Part shown: positions 10,228-21,173 of the stretch, piece after piece
How positions within the stretch are numbered: the first letter of the stretch is position 1
How the letters are laid out: every line of letters begins with the position of its first letter
Assembly (NCBI RefSeq): GCF_035084215.1
Contig: NC_090327.1
Span: 141,546,001-141,610,000 of the forward strand
Length of the DNA: 64,000 bases
Direction of reading: 5' to 3'
Source: Heptranchias perlo
Lineage: Eukaryota
The notes under the pieces: model-generated
The model's input: only the letters and a program-made list of their open reading frames with translations
What the model was told of the DNA's origin: nothing
The model's database searches: none
Program-made: the position numbers and the translations under genes

Positions 10228-10455
10228 AAGTCAGTCTCTGGTACTGTGTATGAAAGTGGGGTTTATTCTGTATCTGTCAGTCTCTGGTACTATGTCTGAG
10301 TTTGGGATTCATCTGTATCTGTAAGTCTCTGGTGCTGCATCTGAGTGTGGGATTCATTCTGTATCTGCCATTCTCTGCTACTTTATCTCAGTGTGGGATT
10401 CAATCTGTAATTAAGTCTCTGAGACAGTGTGAAAGGCTGGATTCATTCTGTATTT
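10228..10455 (-). repeat. 46-bp satellite, reverse orientation
   Basis: gtgggattcattctgtatctgtcagtctctggtac units. Confidence 0.8.
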
Positions 10456-10700
10456 TTATTTCAGTTTACGGTATCGTATTTGAAACTGTATCTTTAATAT
10501 TTTAACGTATATACAGTTTTTCGTCGAGTATTTAATTTGTAAATATGGATACACTTTTCGATTTTCTTTAATCAAACAATGTGTGTGAGTTTTGGAGTAG
10601 TATTACATCTTAATCGCTGAACTCTATTGTGAATGACAGTACCTTTCAATCTGTTCGCGGTGAAATTTTTGGACTGGTTCGCAATATGTAGCTCAGTCTG

Positions 10701-11379
10701 CGGAGGGAGCGTCCGATAAAAGGCGGGATTTCAGAGCGCTGAGAACAGCTGAGAGGAGCCGAGCCGAGCGGAGGGAGCGTCCCATAAAAGGCGGGATTTC
10801 AGAGCGCTGAGAACAGCTGTGAGGAGCCGAGCCGAGCGGAGGGAGCGTCCCATAAAAGGCGGGATTTCAGAGCGCTGAGAACAGCTGAGAGGAGCCGAGC
10901 CGAGCGGAGGGAGCGTCCCATAAAAGGCGGGATTTCAGAGCGCTGAGAACAGCTGAGAGGAGCCGAGCCGAGCGGAGGGAGCGTCCGATAAAAGGCGGGA
11001 TTTCAGAGCGCTGAGAACAGCTGAGAGGAGCCGAGCCGAGCGGAGGGAGCGTCCCATAAAAGGCGGGATTTCAGAGCGCTGAGAACAGCTGAGAGGAGCC
11101 GAGCCGAGCGGAGGGAGCGTCCGATAAAAGGCGGGATTTCAGAGCGCTGAGAACAGCTGAGAGGAGCCGAGCTGAGCGGAGGGAGCGTCCGATAAAAGGC
11201 GGGATTTCAGAGCGCTGAGAACAGCTGAGAGGAGCCGAGCGGAGCGGAGGGAGCGTCCGATAAAAGGCGGGATTTCAGAGCGCTGAGACAGCTGAGAGGA
11301 GCCGAGCGGAGCGGAGGGAGCGTCCGATAAAAGGCGGGATTTCAGAGCGCTGAGAACAGCTGAGAGGAGCCGAGCTGAG
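10701..11379 (+). repeat. 10 x 68-bp monomers in CR1 5'UTR
   Basis: Unit cggagggagcgtccgataaaaggcgggatttcagagcgctgagaacagctgagaggagccgagccgag; one unit is 67 bp. Confidence 0.95.
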
Positions 11380-11702
11380 CGGAGCTGCGACCGAGTTCGA
11401 AGTGACGTCAGGAATCAGATCGGGACGCGACACAGGGGAGGCACCTGATTGGTGAGTAGGTTCAGGTGAGTATTTCTACTTATCGACAGTAACTGAAGTA
11501 AAAGGAAAGGGAAGGTCTGCAGGTCTTATAGGAAGTAGCGTTTATTTTTTAGTGAATCAAGGTCCCTAGTGTAGTTAACATTCTCCAAATTGAGAACAAT
11601 TTAAAGGAGTAAACTCCTTAAAGGGAGTGGTAAGTAGTTTTTCTTTCCTTTTTTTTTCTCTTGACATTGTAGTTGTTTTTAAGCTAATTTAAGGGTTAAG
11701 TC

Positions 11703-12650
11703 ATGGCAGGAGATCCCAGCGCCGTGTCATGTTCCTCTTGTGGGATGTGGGAATTCAGGGCTCCTTCCTGTATCCCTGATTCCTTCACCTGCGGGAAGTG
11801 TGTCCAGCTGCAGCTATTGTTTGACCGCTTGACGGCTCTGGAGCTGCGGATGGACTCACTTTGGAGCATCCGCGATGCTGAGAAAGTCGTGGATAGCACG
11901 TTCAGTGAGTTGGTCACACCGCAGATAAAAATTACTGAGGGAGATAGTGAATGGGTGACCAACAGACAGAAGAAGAGTAGGAAGGCAGTGCAGAGGTCCC
12001 CTGCGGTCATCTCCCTCCAAAACAGGTATACCGTTTTGGATACTGTTGGCGGAGATGGCTCACCAGGGGAAGGTGGCAGTGGCCAGGTTCATGGCACCGT
12101 GGCTGGCTCTGCTGCACAGGAGGGCAGGAAAAAGAGTGGCAGAGCTATAGTGATAGGGGACTCGATTGTAAGGGGAATAGACAGGCGTTTCTGCGGACGC
12201 AACCGAGACTCCAGGATGGTATGTTGCCTCCCTGGTGCAAGGGTCAAGGATGTCTCGGAGCGGCTGCAGGACATTCTGGAGGGGGAGGGTGAACAGCCAG
12301 TTGTCGTGGTGCATATAGGCACCAACGATATAGGTAAAAAACAGGATGAGGTCCTACAAGCTGAATTTAGGGAGTTAGGAGTTAAACTAAAGAGTAGGAC
12401 CTCAAAGGTAGTAATCTCAGGATTGCTACCAGTGCCACGGGCTAGTCAGAGTAGGAATGACAGGATAGCTAAGATGAATACGTGGCTTGAGAGATGGTGC
12501 AAGAGGGAGGGATTCAAATTCCTGGGCCATTGGAACCGGTTCTGGGGGAGGTGGGACCAGTACAAATTGGACGGTCTGCATCTGGGCAGGACTGGAACCA
12601 ATGTCCTAGGGGGAGTGTTTGCCAGTGCTGTTGGGGAGGGTTTAAACTAA
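11703..12650 (+). CDS. CR1 ORF1p: zinc finger/leucine zipper plus SGNH esterase domain (315 aa)
   Basis: CxxC..CxxC then heptad leucines; GDS, GTND and DGLHL esterase blocks. Confidence 0.9.
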   Translation: MAGDPSAVSCSSCGMWEFRAPSCIPDSFTCGKCVQLQLLFDRLTALELRMDSLWSIRDAEKVVDSTFSELVTPQIKITEGDSEWVTNRQKKSRKAVQRSPAVISLQNRYTVLDTVGGDGSPGEGGSGQVHGTVAGSAAQEGRKKSGRAIVIGDSIVRGIDRRFCGRNRDSRMVCCLPGARVKDVSERLQDILEGEGEQPVVVVHIGTNDIGKKQDEVLQAEFRELGVKLKSRTSKVVISGLLPVPRASQSRNDRIAKMNTWLERWCKREGFKFLGHWNRFWGRWDQYKLDGLHLGRTGTNVLGGVFASAVGEGLN

Positions 12651-15598
12651 TGTGGCAGGGGGATGGGAACCGATGCAGGAAGTCAGTGGGAAATAAAGTG
12701 GTGACAGAAACAAAAGGCAGTAAGGGAGAGTGTACAGAACATGACCGGACAGATGGTCTGAGAAAGCAGGGCAAAGACCAAGGGAAGACTAGATTAAACT
12801 GCATTTATTTCAATGCAAGAAGTCTGATGGGCAAGGCAGATGAACTCAGGGCATGGATGGGTACATGGGACTGGGATGTTATAGCTATTACTGAAACATG
12901 GCTAAGGGAGGGGCAGGACTGGCAGCTCAATGTTCCAGGGTACAGATGCTATAGGAAAGATAGAGCAGGAGGTAAGAGAGGAGGGGGAGTTGCGTTCTTG
13001 ATTAGGGAGAACATCACGGCAGTAGTGAGAGGGGATATATCCGAGGGTTCGCCCACTGAGTCCATATGGGTAGAACTGAAAAATAAGAAGGGAGAGATCA
13101 CTTTGATAGGATTGTACTACAGACCCCCAAATAGTCAACGGGAAATTGAGGAGCAAATATGTAAGGAGATTACAGACAGCTGCAAGAAAAATAGGGTGGT
13201 AATAGTAGGGGACTTTAACTTTCCCAACATTGACTGGGACAGCCATAGCATTAGGGGCTTGGATGGAGAGAAATTTGTTGAGTGTATTCAGGAGGAATTT
13301 CTCATTCAGTATGTGGATGGCCCGACTAGAGAGGGGGCAAAACTTGACCTCCTCTTGGGAAATAAGGAAGGGCAGGTGACAGAAGTGTTAGTGAGGGATC
13401 ACTTTGGGACCAGTGATCATAATTCCATTAGTTTTAAGATAGCTATGGAGAAGGATAGGTCTGGCCCAAAAGTTAAAATTCTAAATTGGGGAAAGGCCAA
13501 TTTTGATGGTATTAGACAGGAACTTTCAGAAGTTGATTGGGAGAGTCTGTTGGCAGGCAAAGGGACGTCTGGTAAGTGGGAGGCTTTCAAAAGTGTGTTA
13601 ACCAGGGTTCAGTGTAAGCACATTCCTTATAAAGTGAAGGGCAAGGCTGGTAGAAGTAGGGAACCTTGGATGACTCGGGAGATTGAGGCACTAGTCAAAA
13701 ATAAGAAGGAGGCATATGACATGCATAGGCAGCTGGGATCAAGTGGATCCCTTGAAGAGTATAGAGATTGCCGGAGTAGAGTTAAGAGAGAAATCAGGAG
13801 GGCAAAAAGGGGATATGAGATTGCTTTGGCAGATCAGGCAAAGGTGAATCCAAAGAGCTTCTACAAATACATAAAGGGCAAAAGGGTAACTAGGGAGAGA
13901 GTAGGGCCTCTTAAGGATCAACAAGGTCATCTATGTGCGGAACCACAAGAGATGGGTGAGATCCTGAATGAATATTTCACATCGGTATTTACGGTTGAGA
14001 AAGGCATGGATGTTAGGGAACTTGGGGAAATAAATAGTGATGTCTTGAGGAGTGTACATATTACAGAGAGGGAGGTGCTGGAAGTCTTAACGCGCATCAA
14101 GGTAGATAAATCTCCGGGACCTGATGAAATGTATCCCAGGACGTTATGGGAGGTTAGGGAGGAAATTGCGGGTCCCCTAGCAGAGATATTTGAATCATCC
14201 ACCGCTACAGGTGAGGTGCCTGAAGATTGGAGGGTAGCAAATGTTGTGCCTTTGTTTAAGAAGGGCGGCAGGGAAAAGCCTGGGAACTACAGACCAGTGA
14301 GCCTGACATCTGTAGTGGGTAAGTTGTTAGAGGGTATTCTGAGGGACAGAATCTACAGGCATTTGGAGAGGCAGGGACTAATTAGGAACAGTCAGCATGG
14401 TTTTGTGAGAGGAAAATCATGTCTCACGAATTTGATTGAGTTTTTTGAAGGGGTAACCAAGAAGATAGATGAGGGCTGTGCAGTAGACATGGTCTACATG
14501 GACTTCAGCAAAGCATTTGACAAGGTACCGCATGGTAGGTTGTTACATAAGGTTAAATCTCATGGGATCCAAGGTGAGGTAGCCAATTGGATACAAAATT
14601 GGCTTGACGACAGAAGACAGAGGGTGGTTGTCGAGGGTTGTTTTTCAAACTGGATGCCTGTGTCCAGCGGTGTGCCTCAGGGATCGGTGCTGGGTCCGCT
14701 GTTATTTGTTATTTATATTAATGATTTGGATGAGAATTTAGGAGGCATGGTTAGTAAGTTTGCAGATGACACCAAGATTGGTGGCATTGTGGACAGTGAA
14801 GAAGGTTATCTAGGATTGCAACGGGATCTTGATAAATTGGGCCAGTGGGCCGATGAATGGCAGATGGAGTTTAATTTAGATAAATGTGAGGTGATGCATT
14901 TTGGTAGATCAAATCGGGCCAGGACCTACTCCGTTAATGGTAGGGCATTGGGGAGAGTTATAGAACAAAGAGATCTAGGAGTACAGATTCATAGCTCCTT
15001 GAAAGTGGAGTCACAGGTGGATAGGGTGGTGAAGAAGGCATTCAGCATGCTTGGTTTCATTGGTCAGAACATTGAATGCAGGAGTTGGGATGTCTTGTTG
15101 AAGTTGTACAGGGCATTGGTGAGGCCACACTTGGAGTACTGTGTACAGTTCTGGTCACCCTATTATAGAAAGGATATTATTAAACTAGAAAGAGTGCAGA
15201 AAAGATTTACTAGGATGCTACCGGGACTTGATGGTTTGACTTACAGGGAGAGGTTAGACAGACTGGGACTTTATTCCCTGGAGAGTAGGAGGTTAAGGGG
15301 TGATCTTATAGAAGTCTATAAAATAATGAGGGGCATAGATAAGGTCGATAGTCAAAATCTTTTCCCAAAGGTAGGGGAGTCTATAACGAGGGGGCACAGA
15401 TTTAAGGTGAGAGGGGAGAGATACAAAAGGATCCAGAGGGGCAATTTTTTCACTCAAAGGGTGGTGAGTGTCTGGAACGAGCTGCCAGAGGCAGTAGTAG
15501 AGGCGGGTACAATTTTGTCTTTTAAAAAGCATTTGGACAGTTACATGGGGAAGATGGGTATCGAGGGATATGGGCCAAGTGCAGGCAATTGGGACTAG
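12650..15598 (+). CDS. CR1 ORF2p: AP endonuclease plus reverse transcriptase
   Basis: YFNARS, ITETW, GDFN, SDH endonuclease motifs; KSPGPD, YRPVSL, GVPQGSVLGP, FADD RT motifs. Frame is open from 12494; start is uncertain (ATG at 12650 or frameshift). Confidence 0.93.
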   Translation: MWQGDGNRCRKSVGNKVVTETKGSKGECTEHDRTDGLRKQGKDQGKTRLNCIYFNARSLMGKADELRAWMGTWDWDVIAITETWLREGQDWQLNVPGYRCYRKDRAGGKRGGGVAFLIRENITAVVRGDISEGSPTESIWVELKNKKGEITLIGLYYRPPNSQREIEEQICKEITDSCKKNRVVIVGDFNFPNIDWDSHSIRGLDGEKFVECIQEEFLIQYVDGPTREGAKLDLLLGNKEGQVTEVLVRDHFGTSDHNSISFKIAMEKDRSGPKVKILNWGKANFDGIRQELSEVDWESLLAGKGTSGKWEAFKSVLTRVQCKHIPYKVKGKAGRSREPWMTREIEALVKNKKEAYDMHRQLGSSGSLEEYRDCRSRVKREIRRAKRGYEIALADQAKVNPKSFYKYIKGKRVTRERVGPLKDQQGHLCAEPQEMGEILNEYFTSVFTVEKGMDVRELGEINSDVLRSVHITEREVLEVLTRIKVDKSPGPDEMYPRTLWEVREEIAGPLAEIFESSTATGEVPEDWRVANVVPLFKKGGREKPGNYRPVSLTSVVGKLLEGILRDRIYRHLERQGLIRNSQHGFVRGKSCLTNLIEFFEGVTKKIDEGCAVDMVYMDFSKAFDKVPHGRLLHKVKSHGIQGEVANWIQNWLDDRRQRVVVEGCFSNWMPVSSGVPQGSVLGPLLFVIYINDLDENLGGMVSKFADDTKIGGIVDSEEGYLGLQRDLDKLGQWADEWQMEFNLDKCEVMHFGRSNRARTYSVNGRALGRVIEQRDLGVQIHSSLKVESQVDRVVKKAFSMLGFIGQNIECRSWDVLLKLYRALVRPHLEYCVQFWSPYYRKDIIKLERVQKRFTRMLPGLDGLTYRERLDRLGLYSLESRRLRGDLIEVYKIMRGIDKVDSQNLFPKVGESITRGHRFKVRGERYKRIQRGNFFTQRVVSVWNELPEAVVEAGTILSFKKHLDSYMGKMGIEGYGPSAGNWD

Positions 15599-15683
15599 CT
15601 TAGAGGTATAAACTGGGCGACATGGACATGTTGGGCCGAAGGGCCTGTTTCCATGTTGTAACTTCTATGATTCTATGATTCTA

Positions 15684-16320
15684 TAATGTATCTATCAGTC
15701 TGATACTTAATGAGAATTTTGGAATAATATGTAATGTGTAGCTCACTGTGCTCTAATGGAATTGATACTGTATCTATCAGTCTGACATGGTATGAGATTT
15801 TTGGATTGGAATGTGATGTGTCGCTCAGGCTGTGCTAATACTGTATCTTCCATTATGATCATTTATGAGATTTTTGGACTGGTGTGTAACATGTAGCTCA
15901 GTCTGTACTAATGGAATTGGTATTGTGTCATTGAGTCTTTTATCATATGAGATTGTTGGACTGCTATATAATGTGTGGCTCAGTCTGCACTAATGGAATT
16001 GATACTGTATCTCTCAGACTAACATTGTATGAGATATTCGGACTGGTATGTAATGTGTAACACAGTCTGTGCTAATAGAATTGCTACTGTATCTTCCAGT
16101 CTGATCATTTATGAGATTTTTGGACTCGTATGAATTGTGTAGCTCAGTCTGTACCAATAGAATTGATACTAAATATTTCAGTATTATACGATATGAATAT
16201 TTAGGAATGTAAACAATGTGTAGCTCAGTCTGCACTAATGGAATTGATATTGTATCATTCAATCTGATGCTATGAGATTTTTGGACTATTATGTAATGTG
16301 TAACACTGTCTGCAGTAATG
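15684..16320 (+). repeat. ~82-bp degenerate satellite (split by the CR1; also ~10640-10700 and ~16960-17150)
   Basis: tgtagctcagtctgcactaatggaattgatactgtatc..atgagatttttggact recurring every 81-82 bp. Confidence 0.8.
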
Positions 16321-17925
16321 TGACTGTGAGATTCATTATGTATCTGTCTGACTGTGGTACTGTGTGATTCATTCTGTATCTGTCAGTATGTGGTACTGTG
16401 TGTGGGTGTGGGATTCATTCTGCATCTGTCAGTCTCTGGTACTGTGTGTGAGTGTGGGATTAATTCTGTTCCTGTCAGTCCCTGTTGCTGTATGTGAGTG
16501 AGACATTCATTCCATATGTATCGATCTTCAATCTCTGATGTATGTGAGTGATATAAATTCTGTATCTGTCAGTCACTGGTACATTGTTTAAGTGTGTGAT
16601 TCATTCTGTATCTGTCAGTCACAGGTACATTGTGTGAGTGTGGGATTCATTCTGTATCTGTCAGTCACTGGTATATTTTATGACTGTGGGATTCATTCTG
16701 TATGTCAGACTCTGGCACTCTGAGTGGAGAGATTCATTCTTTATCTCTATGTAATTTGTACCCCTGTTTACAGTATGGCATTCAAAACTGTATCTTTAAT
16801 TCCTTAATGTAGAAATAATTTTTCCCTGTGTTTAATTGGTAATGATATACTTGAAAATGTAATGCTGTAGTTTATAATCAGAGAACATGTGCACTTTTGG
16901 AGTACTATTAAATCTGTATCTTAGTGAACCCAACTGTCATGATGACATTTTTGAACTTGTATTTAGAGTGTAGCTCAGTCTGCATGAATGGAATACTGCA
17001 TATTTCAGTCTGAATCTGTATCAGTTTTTTGTAGTAGTATATAATGTGTAGCTCAGTCTGCATTAATGGACTTCATACTGTATCTTTAAATCTGACAGGA
17101 TGAGATTTTTGGACTGGTACGTAATGTGTAACTCAGCCTGCATTAATGTAGGTGACTGTGAGATTCATTTTGTATCTCTCAGTCTCTGGTACTGCATTTA
17201 AATGTGGGATTCATTCTGTATCTGTCAGACTCTGGTATTGTGTGTGAGCGTGGGATTCATTCTGTATCTTGTCAGTAGTGTGTGTGCGAGTTTGCGATTC
17301 ATTCTATATATGCAGTCTCTGACACTGTGAGTGTAGGTTTTTTATGTGTCTGTTAGTCACTAATACTGTATATGGGTGTTGAATTCATTCTATATATGCA
17401 GTTTCTCGTACTGTTATTGTGGGATTCATTCTGTATCTGTCAGACTCTGATACTGTATGAGTGTGGGATTCATTCTATATCTGTCACTCTCTGGTACTCC
17501 ATGTGAGTGTGGGATTCATTCTATATCATTCAGTATTTAATAGTGTGTGGGTGTTGAATTCATTCTATATATGCAGTTTCTCATACTGATAGGGTAGTAT
17601 TCATTCTGTATCTGTCAGTCTCTGGTACTGTGTTAGTGTGGGCTTCATACTTTACCTTTCATCTCTGATACTTTATGAGACTGTGGGATTTAATCAGTAT
17701 GTGTCACTCCTTGTTACTATATGTCAGTGTGGGATTCATGCTGTATTTGTCATCTCTGGTACCATACGTGAATGTGGGATTCACTCTGCGTCTGTCAGTC
17801 TCTAGTACTGTATGAGAGTTTGGGATTCCTTCTGCATCTGTCAGTTTCTGGTACGGTATGTGATTGTGGAATTCATTCAGTGTCTGTGTGTCTCTGGTAC
17901 TGTATCTGAGTGTGAGATTCATTGT
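16320..17925 (-). repeat. 46-bp satellite arrays, reverse orientation, interrupted ~16745-17155
   Basis: Degenerate gtgtgggattcattctgtatctgtcagtc units. Confidence 0.85.
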
Positions 17926-18659
17926 ATGTAATTATTCTCTCAGACTACATTATGGCGCTCAATACTGTAGCTTTAATATATGAACATTTAAATTGTTTTT
18001 CTCAATATTTAATAGGTAAATATGGATACACATTAGGATTTGAAGCTGTAGGTTTTAATCAGGTAATTTCTGTGTTTTTTGGACTAGTATTAAATCTGTA
18101 CCTCTGTGAATACTATTGTGAATGATAATATATCTTTCAAACTAGGGTAATATTTTTGAATTGATCAAAAATGTGTAGCTCAATCTGTACAAATGGAATT
18201 GATACTGTATCATTCCATCCAATATTGTATGAGACTTTTGTTTGGTATTTAATGTATATCTCAGTCTGTTCTAATAGAATTGATATTCTATCTTACAATC
18301 TCATGCTATGAGTGCATTCTAAACTGGTATCAAATTTGTTTCTCAGGTTACACTGTCTTTCAGCATTTCTCAATTTGATACTCTACATGAATTTTTGACT
18401 TGTACAATGACATTCAAATTGCATACACTATTCAGATCGATACTGCATGTATTAAACTCACATGTTTGAGAGTTTTGGGCTAGCATTCAATTGGAATCTC
18501 CAGGTACATTATTGGGATTCATTCTGTACCTTTCAATCAGGTGCCATGTGTGATTTAAATCTGGTATCTAATTCATAGCTAAAGTTGCCCTATTGTGAGA
18601 TTGACACAGTGTCTTTCAACATGAAAGCGTGATTTTGGACTGGGATTTTTTTTATCTAC

Positions 18660-19870
18660 CTGTCAGCAGTACTGAGTTGGGGTGAAATAGAAACAGTGTC
18701 TGCCTCACCTGCTCTGCTTGACCATTGGATTGAAAATGTGTCTCTGGAATTTGGGATCAGTGTGGGACTGACTACTTCTACTGTCTGAGACTGTGGAACT
18801 GATGACCTGTCTGTGTCTCCGTGCTCTGTGGGTGATAATGTACCTACTGTGAGTGAGAAGGAGCTGGCTGCACTGTTCCTTGTGCCTCAGGTGGAGGAAA
18901 CATCACATTTATTCTGGGTCATTCAAGGATTTGCCTGCAGGGAGAAAAGTATCTCTTGTAACTCAAGAACAGGTGAGGTAGAAAATACAAAAGTGATCAG
19001 TTTAATAATCATTTTTAATATTCACAAATGAAAACCAGCGATACAGTGTCAGTGTCTGACTCCACTGCTGTACTGCAGCACTCAGCTTCTGCATACCAGG
19101 TGTGCTGGGCTGTTCTACAACAATGTAGTGACATCCAGACACAAGCAACCCCCTGTCCTGGTCCATAAATGTGACAACCCGATGGGGCAGTGACCTTTGT
19201 GCATTTCAGGTTTCTAATCCCCTCTCCAATTGGACTAACCGTTCAACCAAAACCAAACAGTCGCTGTTTAAAATGTGTCCTCCGTATGTCTCACCTGATG
19301 CCTGCAATAGATGATCTTTGTATAACTCCCCACATCCTCACTGTCCGGCTCTGTTTCCACTGTTCACTGTCCAATAACAACAAACAGGGTGAGACTGGAC
19401 CTAAACCAGGAACATTCACTACTGGTTTGGGGAGAGAAAGCAGCAATGATTTTAAATAGCAGGTTCTTCCCATTCTGTCTCCCTTACCCTGGACACACCC
19501 TGTACACACACAGCCCCAGAATGGTCTCTCCCTTCCCCCCTCACTCCATGTTCCGGGACCAGTTTCTGATCCACTCCGCCTCTTACAAACAGCCCCCGGA
19601 CTCCCCCTGAACTTACCCCGGTCTCAATGCCGATCTCTGAGCCCATCTGCGGACACGGTCCCGGAGCGATGAGCTGCTGTAACGAGGCTGCTGTTTGCTC
19701 CCTTACCCCGGGGCCGTGATCTCTCCATTCCCGCCTGTTTTAAACCATCTTCTTCCACTCACTGAGGGAATGGCCCCACAGGCCGAGCAGGGGGAGGGGA
19801 GCGCGCATGCGCTCTTCTGTTCACTTATAATGAGCGCTGGGGGCGGGGCTGAAGGACGCATGCGCAGATA
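18660..19870 (-). pseudogene. 5' portion of an unidentified spliced gene or lncRNA (CpG promoter plus three candidate exons)
   Basis: Donor GTAAGT at 19616; exon 18934-18660 bounded by ccctgcAG and GTagat; paralogs near 28k, 46k, 51k and 60k. Confidence 0.5.
19795..19870. promoter_or_regulatory. CpG-island-like promoter with NRF1 and Sp1 motifs
   Basis: GCGCATGCGC at ~19803, GGGGCGGGGC at 19840, GCATGCGCA at 19858. Confidence 0.6.
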
Positions 19871-20509
19871 TCAGGTTTAATTCTGAATACAAAAATCGAT
19901 GGAAACTTTCCCCAGTTGGAATTTTTCAGTCTGAGCAAAGGAAGTGGGTCTGGGGGAAAGGTCAGAGGGAATGGCGGGTGGAGAATGCTGGAGATGGAGC
20001 TGGAAGATCAGAGGCCGCTCTCCGCTCTGTCCGTCACTCTGACTCCTCCCTTCCTGCTCTCCCTGATTCTTCTCCCATCTGGAACCAAAGCGGGCAGGTG
20101 GACTTTAAATACGGTTTACTTGTTAACAAGGCGAAAGGCGAGTAATATTTCTGATCTCCTGGGCATCAGGCAATTTACTGTTACTTGTTTCTGTACAGAG
20201 TTACTTTTCAGTGATTCCCCAGTGTGTTTGATGCGTTATGTAAATAATCCAACAAAATTCAACAGAAATGGAGCAAAGCGCTGAATTCCACAGATGTATA
20301 AAGGTTAGTCGAGCAGTTATCGAGATGCTTTGAGAGCCCAACATGGTAAGTAGTGTAAATAAATACAATGAATGTGGTAACGTGTGGACTGGGGTGCAGA
20401 AGTTCCCGTTTAAAGTACCGGTCTGTGGTCGCTGCCCGACTCCAGTCCTATTAATACCCCCACGTCTGCAACAAGCCAAAGAAAGGCAGCTTAAAGCAAC
20501 ACTGTGGCC

Positions 20510-21145
20510 TAAAAAATGTTCTATACAAGTTTAACATAACTTCTTTGCTTTTCAATTCTATCCCTCTAGAAATGAACCGCAGTGCATGATTTGCCTTTTT
20601 ATGGCCTTGTTAACCTGCGTCGCTACTTTCAGTGGTTTGTGTATCTTTACCCCAAGATCCCTTTGCTCTTCTATCCCGTTTCGACTCTTATTATCCAAGC
20701 AGTAAGTGATCTTCTTATTCTGCAAGTTTATTAATATCCTCTTGCATTTTGACACATTCTTCCTTTCTATTAACTACACCGCCCAATGTGGTGTCGTAAG
20801 CTAATTTTGAAATTGTATTTCCGATTCACGGATGCAAACCGTTAATGTAAACTGTGAACAACAGTGGTCCCAGCACGATCCTTGTGGTAAACCACTTCCA
20901 AGTCCTTTCCAGTCTGAGTACCTTCCCTTAACCCCTATTCCCTGTTTTATGTTTTGGAGCCAGCTTGCTATCCATTCTGCCACCTGACCCTGACTCCACA
21001 TGCTTTGAACTTAGCCATCAGTCTAAAATGCGGTACCTTATCGAAGGCCTTATGAAAATCCAAATATATTACATTTGCTGCATTAATCTTGTCTACCCTT
21101 TCAGTTACTTCATCATTTATTTCAATAAGGTTGGTCCTGTCCTCT
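20510..21145 (-). mobile_element. Degenerate CR1 RT fragment
   Basis: WIASWL..GLPQGS and EEQRDLGVKIHKPLK on the minus strand. Confidence 0.75.
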
Positions 21146-21173
21146 TCCTGTTAGTGATTTGATCTTGGTCGCT

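Larger units (their letters stand above)
10702..15682 (+). mobile_element. Full-length, apparently intact CR1 LINE
   Basis: Tandem-repeat 5'UTR, open ORF1 and ORF2, (ttctatga)n tail; empty site in copy B at ~42443-42457. Confidence 0.95.

Noticed and set aside
10701-11379. Regular arrays (68, 33, 46 and 32 bp) as CRISPR
   Set aside because: Head-to-tail units with no unique spacers, no cas genes, and a vertebrate context.
15684-16320. gtagctcagt in the 82-bp satellite as a tRNA A-box
   Set aside because: No B-box or cloverleaf follows.
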